From a bacterium (lineage in GTDB: Bacteria; Spirochaetota; Spirochaetia; Treponematales; Treponemataceae), in NCBI GenBank assembly GCA_963601995.1, contig CAVCIJ010000088.1:1-58327 (forward strand): a stretch of DNA of 58,327 nt. The letters are read 5' to 3'. This document shows positions 52,720 through 58,327 of this stretch, piece after piece. The notes beneath the pieces were generated by a model, which saw only the letters and a program-made list of their open reading frames with translations, had not been told where the DNA came from and did not search any database. Each line of letters opens with the position of its first letter. Positions within the stretch are counted from its first letter, which is position 1. Both the position numbers and the translations under genes were made by a program.

Positions 52720-53925
52720 TTAATTATCTTGTAAAGTGTTGTAATTTTTTTCTAAAAAGTTAGAAATTGCAAGTTGATCTATTTTAGACAAAGAGCAGGA
52801 GAAGTCTGTATAAAAGTTTTTATATTCATTAGAAAGTTGCATTGGTAAAATTGAAAAAACAGCATTCATTTGCAGTTGCTGAGGAATTAAATTTTCGAGT
52901 GAAAAAAAATGTAAAATTTTTTCCTGATAGGATTCTGATTTTAAATTTGTATTTTGTGTAATGGGTTGGTTAAATTCAAAAAGCATTCGGTTTTCATTTT
53001 TGTTGAGCCAGTTAAAAATATCTTTTTTTAAATTTTCTTTTAGATTTGTCTCTGATATATAAAAAATATCCGCAGTTAAATTTTTTAAATTTTCGGAATT
53101 TTCCTTACTAAGTTCTATTTGTGAAAAATTTGCATATTTAAAGATTTTTTTTATTTTTTCACTTTCATTTTGTAGAATTAGAAAATTCTGTTTTTTTTCA
53201 ACAAGCGATTCTTCTGCAAGTTTTAAAAGTCCTCTGCCCTTTTGTTTTTCTTTTTGAATTGATGGAAGATGCAGTATGTTAAAAAGTATTTGTTCGATAC
53301 AAGATGAAATTATAATTTGAGAAGGATTTACTGAATATCCGCTGATTTTTGATATGATTTGGACTATTTTTTTTATAAGATTTTCTTCTCCAGAACAATT
53401 TGATTTAGAGTTTTTTATATTATAAATAAGTGAATTTGAGAAAAAATCATCAATAGAAAATTCTTTTTGATAATTAGAATTACTCGCAGTGTTTGATTCA
53501 GTATTTTTATCAAAAATATTACTTTTTATACTAGAGTTGAAATCTGTGCCTAATGAAAAATTTTTAGAAGAGTTATAAGATTTATCTTTTAAAAGTGAAT
53601 CTACGGTGGGTACAGATTCATCTATAAAATCAGAATGAGATGCAGTTTTACTTATGGGTACAGTTAAATTTTTGTTTGCCGGAAGTTTTGCATAAAATCC
53701 ACTTTTTTCAATTGAGTAAATATAACCGTTTTTTTCGAGTTCCCTATATGCCTTTGTAACAGTATTTTTTCCAACATTTAATTCTTTAGAAAGTGCTCGA
53801 ACGGAAGGAATTTTTTTTTCAAGTGGAATTTCTGAATTTTCGATTTTTTCGGCAATTTGCCTGTAAATTTGGCTGTATAATTTTATCTTTCGAGTTTTAT
53901 CAAGAATAAGGTTCAAACTTTTCAT
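52720..53925 (-). CDS. GntR/MocR-family regulator with a degenerate aminotransferase-like domain
   Basis: wHTH PSVRALSKELNVGKNTVTKAYRELEKNGYI; later VNPSQIIIS resembles the MocR AAT domain. Confidence 0.85.
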   Translation of the reverse strand: MKSLNLILDKTRKIKLYSQIYRQIAEKIENSEIPLEKKIPSVRALSKELNVGKNTVTKAYRELEKNGYIYSIEKSGFYAKLPANKNLTVPISKTASHSDFIDESVPTVDSLLKDKSYNSSKNFSLGTDFNSSIKSNIFDKNTESNTASNSNYQKEFSIDDFFSNSLIYNIKNSKSNCSGEENLIKKIVQIISKISGYSVNPSQIIISSCIEQILFNILHLPSIQKEKQKGRGLLKLAEESLVEKKQNFLILQNESEKIKKIFKYANFSQIELSKENSENLKNLTADIFYISETNLKENLKKDIFNWLNKNENRMLFEFNQPITQNTNLKSESYQEKILHFFSLENLIPQQLQMNAVFSILPMQLSNEYKNFYTDFSCSLSKIDQLAISNFLEKNYNTLQDN

Positions 53926-54109
53926 AATGAATAGAATTCCGCTTTTTTAATTTTTGTTAATTTGTCTTTTAAATCTAATTTTATTATAAAATATTTTATG
54001 CAAAATTAAAATCTAATTTATTTTTTTACAAAAAAAGTACAGATTTTATAAGACGAAAACTGTATCCATTGTGTATTAAAAAATACGAAAAACAATTATA
54101 AAATTATAT

Positions 54110-54277
54110 GGGCAGTCGCCGCTTTTAGCGTCGCCGGGCTTGCGCGCTATAAAATTGCGGAACTCAACAGACAAAAAAAATGAACTTTTCCCTCCTGTTT
54201 ATATTCTATTCACTGTCCGCAATTTTTTCGTTTAGCCACTTCGTGACCGAACCGCTTACGCGGTAGCAATCCCTACC
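54110..54277. repeat. GC-rich structured REP/MITE-like element
   Basis: gggc...cgggcttgcgc; internal inverted repeat aaaattgcgga/tccgcaatttt; accgc-ttac-gcggt hairpin; ends gcaatccct. Confidence 0.5.
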
Positions 54278-54303
54278 TCATTTCCAAATCAATAATTTTT
54301 AGT

Positions 54304-54348
54304 AAAAAAAAACTGACCTCAAAGTTTAAAACTTCAAGGTCAGTTTTT
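54304..54348 (-). terminator. Intrinsic terminator after ppdK
   Basis: aaaaactgacct/aggtcagttttt stem. Confidence 0.75.
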
Positions 54349-54369
54349 GTAAATTCTAGTTAGAATTTA

Positions 54370-54404
54370 GGGCTATCCCTAAAAATTGCAATTTTTAGAG
54401 ACTC
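54370..54404. repeat. Short palindromic REP-like repeat, copy 3
   Basis: ctaaaaattgcaatttttag perfect palindromic core. Confidence 0.55.
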
Positions 54405-54411
54405 ACTTAAC

Positions 54412-57105
54412 TTATTTTTTTGCTGATTTAATAACAGCCTGAGCACCAGCAAGACGAGCAGCCGGTACACGGAATGGTGAACAAGATACATAGTTCAAAC
54501 CAAGCTTGTAGCACAATGCGATAGAAGCTGGGTCTCCACCGTGTTCACCACAGATTCCAAGGTGAAGGTCAGATTTAACTGAACGACCCTTTTCTTCTGC
54601 AAGACCAATCATTACACCAACGCCATCTTCATCCAATGTCTTGAATGGATCCTGAAGAAGAATCTTCTGATCCAAGTAAGAATCAATGAATTTAGAGTAG
54701 TCATCACGGCTAAATCCGAATGTTGTCTGTGTAAGGTCATTTGTACCGAATGAGAAGAAGTCTGCATATTCAGCAATCTTGTCAGCAGTAGCAGCAGCAC
54801 GTGGGAATTCAATCATAGAACCAATCTGGAACTTAAGGTTTGTACCCTGAGCTTTGTTTACTTCAGCAATTTTTGCTTCAGCCTGTGCACGAATCTGTTT
54901 CAATTCAGCAAATGTTGTTACGTTAGGAATCATAATACGAACATCGTGTTTGAGTCCTTCTTTTTCAGCCTGAGCAGTTGCAAGAGCAATAGCTTCAACC
55001 TGAGTTTCGTAAATTTCTGGATATGTAATTGCAAGACGACAACCACGGTGACCAAGCATTGGGTTGTGTTCATTCAATTCAGCATATTTCTTGTTGATTA
55101 CTTCAACTGATACACCAAGTTTTTCAGCAAGAGCTTTTGCCAATTCTAGAGTTTCAGCCTGTACGAATTCATTAAGAGGTGGGTCAAGAAGACGGATAGT
55201 AACCGGGTGACCTTCCATTGTCTTAATAATTCCGTAGAAGTCTTTCTGCTGCAAAGGAAGAATAGCTTTTAGATTTTCTTTTCTTTCTTCTGTTGAGTTA
55301 GAAATAATCATCTTCTGGAATGAAGTCAATTTTGGTTCTTCAAAGAACATATGTTCTGTACGACAAAGACCAATACCAGCAGCACCAAAGCGGAATGCCT
55401 GTGGAACTTCGTTCTGTTCAGCGTTAGCAAGAACTTCAAAACCTTTTACAGTTTTTCCAGATGGAGTAGTTCTTACAGAAGCTGCACGAACTTCATCAGC
55501 CCAACCAAGGAATGTTTCAAGGTCGCCAGAAACAGCAGCTGGAGTTACAGGAATTGCTTCACCGTAAACCTTACCTGTTGAACCGTCAATTGAAATTACA
55601 TCACCTTCTTTGAAAGTCTTGTCGCCAATCTTAACTTCGCCGTTTCCAAGAAATACAACTGCAGCACAACCACAAACACAAGGAGTTCCCATACCACGTG
55701 CAACTACGGCTGCGTGAGATGTTCGTCCACCTGTAGAAGTCAAGATACCTTCTGCAACGTACATACCGGCAATATCATCAGGAGAAGTTTCTTTACGAAC
55801 CAACATAACTTTTTTGCCAGCTTTGTGCCATTCAACAGCTTCTTCGGCTGTGAATACAATCTGACCACAACCAGCTCCTGGTGAAGCGTTCAAAGCTTCT
55901 GCCAAAGGTTTTGCTGATTTAAGAGCCTTTGCATCAAACTGTGGGTGCAGTAACTGATCAAGCTGATCTGGTTTTACACGAAGAAGAGCTTCTTCTTTTG
56001 TAATCATTTTTTCTGCAACCATGTCTACAGCCATCTTAACTGCAGCTGGACCTGTTCGTTTACCGTTACGGCACTGGAGCATGTAAAGTTTTCCTTCCTG
56101 AACAGTAAATTCCATATCCTGCATATCATGATAGTGATCTTCAAGACGATTACGGATTGTCCAAATTTCCTTGAAGATTTCTGGCTGCTGTTTTTCAAGA
56201 GCAGAAATATCCATTGGAGTACGAATTCCGGCAACAACGTCTTCACCCTGAGCATTGATAAGATATTCTGCCATAAATTTGTTTTCACCAGTAGAAGGAT
56301 CACGACTGAATGCAACACCAGTTCCTGATGTATCACCCATGTTTCCGAATACCATTGCCATAACAGTTACGGCTGTTCCTTTAATAACATTTTCATCAAT
56401 ATTATTGAGTTTGCGGTAAGTAATAGCGCGTGGGTTCATCCAAGAACCGAAAACTGCACCAATTGCGCCCCATAACTGAACTTTTGGATCCTGAGGAAAT
56501 TCTTCACCCTTTTCTTTTTTGTACATTTCCTTGTACTTCTTTACAATTTCCTGAAGTTCTTCTGTAGTGAGGTCTGTGTCTTCTTTAATTCCACGATGTG
56601 ATTTTACTTCGTCGATAATTGCTTCAAAATTATCGTGATCAACACCCATAGCAACATCGCCGTACATCTGAATGAAGCGGCGGTAAGCATCCCAAGCAAA
56701 ACGAGGGTTGTTTGTTTTTGTAGCAAGACCAACAACTGATTTGTCGTTAAGTCCAAGATTGAGGATTGTATCCATCATTCCAGGCATAGATTCTGCTGCA
56801 CCAGAGCGAACAGAAACAAGAAGTGGATCTTTTTCGTCACCAAGTTTTTTGCCGATTGTTGTTTCAAGCTTTGTAAGATAGTTTTCAACTTCTGCATCAA
56901 GTCCATCTGGATATTTTCTGCCAAGCTTGTAATATTCCTGACAAACGTCGATTGAAATAGTGAATCCAGGTGGAACTGGAAGGCTCAAAGGAGCTCTAGC
57001 CATTTCTGCAAGGTTTGCACCTTTTCCGCCAAGAATTGGACGCATTGTTTCGTTTCCTTCTGCGTCACCATTACCAAAGAAATAAACATATTTGGTTTTA
57101 GCCAT
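54412..57105 (-). CDS. ppdK: Pyruvate, phosphate dikinase
   Basis: GGKGANLAEM, GGRTSHAAVVARG, GIGLCRTEHMF, FGTNDLTQ, GICGEHGG. Confidence 0.98.
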   Translation of the reverse strand: MAKTKYVYFFGNGDAEGNETMRPILGGKGANLAEMARAPLSLPVPPGFTISIDVCQEYYKLGRKYPDGLDAEVENYLTKLETTIGKKLGDEKDPLLVSVRSGAAESMPGMMDTILNLGLNDKSVVGLATKTNNPRFAWDAYRRFIQMYGDVAMGVDHDNFEAIIDEVKSHRGIKEDTDLTTEELQEIVKKYKEMYKKEKGEEFPQDPKVQLWGAIGAVFGSWMNPRAITYRKLNNIDENVIKGTAVTVMAMVFGNMGDTSGTGVAFSRDPSTGENKFMAEYLINAQGEDVVAGIRTPMDISALEKQQPEIFKEIWTIRNRLEDHYHDMQDMEFTVQEGKLYMLQCRNGKRTGPAAVKMAVDMVAEKMITKEEALLRVKPDQLDQLLHPQFDAKALKSAKPLAEALNASPGAGCGQIVFTAEEAVEWHKAGKKVMLVRKETSPDDIAGMYVAEGILTSTGGRTSHAAVVARGMGTPCVCGCAAVVFLGNGEVKIGDKTFKEGDVISIDGSTGKVYGEAIPVTPAAVSGDLETFLGWADEVRAASVRTTPSGKTVKGFEVLANAEQNEVPQAFRFGAAGIGLCRTEHMFFEEPKLTSFQKMIISNSTEERKENLKAILPLQQKDFYGIIKTMEGHPVTIRLLDPPLNEFVQAETLELAKALAEKLGVSVEVINKKYAELNEHNPMLGHRGCRLAITYPEIYETQVEAIALATAQAEKEGLKHDVRIMIPNVTTFAELKQIRAQAEAKIAEVNKAQGTNLKFQIGSMIEFPRAAATADKIAEYADFFSFGTNDLTQTTFGFSRDDYSKFIDSYLDQKILLQDPFKTLDEDGVGVMIGLAEEKGRSVKSDLHLGICGEHGGDPASIALCYKLGLNYVSCSPFRVPAARLAGAQAVIKSAKK

Positions 57106-57332
57106 TAATGTCCTCCATATATATATACGTAGGTTTGAGTATAAACTTAATTATTTACAAGGTCAATTAAGACTTTTTTGTATTGACTTTTTGTTAGCAA
57201 ACGTTCTGAAAATTCTGATTTTTTTAAGAATGAATTTTTTTTGCAATGAAAATGATTTTTTTCTAAAAAAATAAAAGATGAAAGGAATCTTTTATAAATT
57301 TAAAAACATTTTTGCGAAAAAGAAATCTTAGC

Positions 57333-57406
57333 CCGGCGTGGAAGGGACGAAGTGTGTTTGATGTAAGCAAACACCGGAGCGATTAGCGAAGCCCTGAAAG
57401 GTCGGC
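57333..57406. repeat. GC-rich structured REP-like element, copy B (inverted relative to copy A)
   Basis: Reverse complement aligns with 29591-29667; contains GCGAAGC. Confidence 0.6.
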
Positions 57407-57477
57407 CGAAAGAAGAAAAGTATGCTCCAAAAAATCAAATTATAGAAAATTTTTAGAAAATAAAATAAGATGAAAAA

Positions 57478-58164
57478 ATGGAACAGTACAAGAAAGATTT
57501 TATTGATTTTATGGTTGAATGTGATGTGTTGAAATTTGGTTCGTTTGTATTGAAAAGCGGGCGAAAATCTCCATTTTTTATGAATGCAGGTGCTTATGTT
57601 AGTGGAAGTGAATTGAGTCGTTTGGGGGAATTTTATGCTCAGGCAATTCACAGTAATTTTGGAGATGATTTTGATGTTTTGTTTGGTCCGGCGTATAAAG
57701 GAATTCCTCTTAGTGTGGTGACTGTAATCGCTTATTCTAAACTTTATGGAAAGGAAATAAAATATTGTGCTGATCGTAAAGAAGAAAAAGATCATGGTGC
57801 TGATAAGGGAAATCTTCTTGGATACAAAATTAAGGATGGAGATAGAGTTGTAATTATTGAAGATGTTACGACTTCTGGTAAATCTATTGAAGAAACGTAT
57901 CCAAAGATTAAGGCTCAGGAAACTGTGAGCGGTGGAATTAAGATTGTTGGTGAAATTGTGAGTTTGAATCGTATGGAAAAAGCTGCTGATTCTGAAAAGT
58001 CGGCTCTTGATGTAATTAGCGAAAAATATGGTTTTCCTGCGAGGGCAATTGTTAATATGAAGGAAGTTGTTGATTATTTGTATTCGCCAGGAAAAGATGG
58101 TGTTATTACAGATGATATAAAAAATTCCCTGGATTCTTATTATGAGGAATGGGGTGCAAAATAA
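57478..58164 (+). CDS. pyrE: Orotate phosphoribosyltransferase
   Basis: FVLKSGRKSPFF, FGPAYKGIPL, RKEEKDHG, VIIEDVTTSG. Confidence 0.96.
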   Translation: MEQYKKDFIDFMVECDVLKFGSFVLKSGRKSPFFMNAGAYVSGSELSRLGEFYAQAIHSNFGDDFDVLFGPAYKGIPLSVVTVIAYSKLYGKEIKYCADRKEEKDHGADKGNLLGYKIKDGDRVVIIEDVTTSGKSIEETYPKIKAQETVSGGIKIVGEIVSLNRMEKAADSEKSALDVISEKYGFPARAIVNMKEVVDYLYSPGKDGVITDDIKNSLDSYYEEWGAK

Positions 58165-58294
58165 TTTTTTTTGCAGAATTTTTTGTGCTTTGATGATTTA
58201 ATTTTGATTTATTTTATTGAAGCACAAAAGTAATAATTTTTGAAATTTCTTATAGACATAAATTTTTATATTTGGTATATTTTGAAACATCAGC

Positions 58295-58327
58295 GGACGG
58301 TTAGCTCAGCTGGGAGAGCATCTGGTT
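58295..58327 (+). tRNA. tRNA 5' part, truncated before the anticodon (probably Val)
   Basis: GGACGGT-TA-GCTC-AGCTGGGA-GAGC-A-TCTGG-TT; upstream TAGACA-17bp-TATATT promoter. The identity is a guess. Confidence 0.85.

Noticed and set aside
57333..57477. PyrR attenuator, riboswitch or hammerhead ribozyme upstream of pyrE
   Set aside because: No AGTCCAGAGAGG-type PyrR loop and no CUGANGA/GAAA core. The sequence is better explained as a copy of the repeat at 29591.

Overview
AT-rich chromosomal window from a spirochaete, most likely a gut/rumen-type Treponema (archaeal-type PheT, gyrB/dnaA divergent, Treponema-like lipoproteins). It spans the replication origin: gyrA-gyrB <- -> dnaA-[oriC]-dnaN-recF-dciA-rpmH-rnpA-yidD-yidC-jag. 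A parS cluster lies ~8 kb to the left and DnaA-box clusters flank the origin on both sides. Other genes are mostly housekeeping (hslO 3' end, gdhA, carAB, pheT, eno, argA, arginase, ppdK, pyrE, hrpB, two tRNAs). I saw no CRISPR array, transposase or prophage. Best leads: (1) a four-gene operon of two giant FN3-repeat lipoproteins that share a C-terminal ST.YGW..E motif, plus a small lipoprotein and an outer-membrane barrel; (2) CarB fused to a DapF domain that has lost one catalytic Cys; (3) a degenerate MocR regulator with a matching operator-like motif 44 kb away; (4) a poly-G promoter tract upstream of an OMP gene; (5) a candidate ~60-nt sRNA; (6) dispersed REP-like elements; (7) apparently leaderless mRNAs, including dnaA. 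All calls are from motif recognition by eye; no searches were run.
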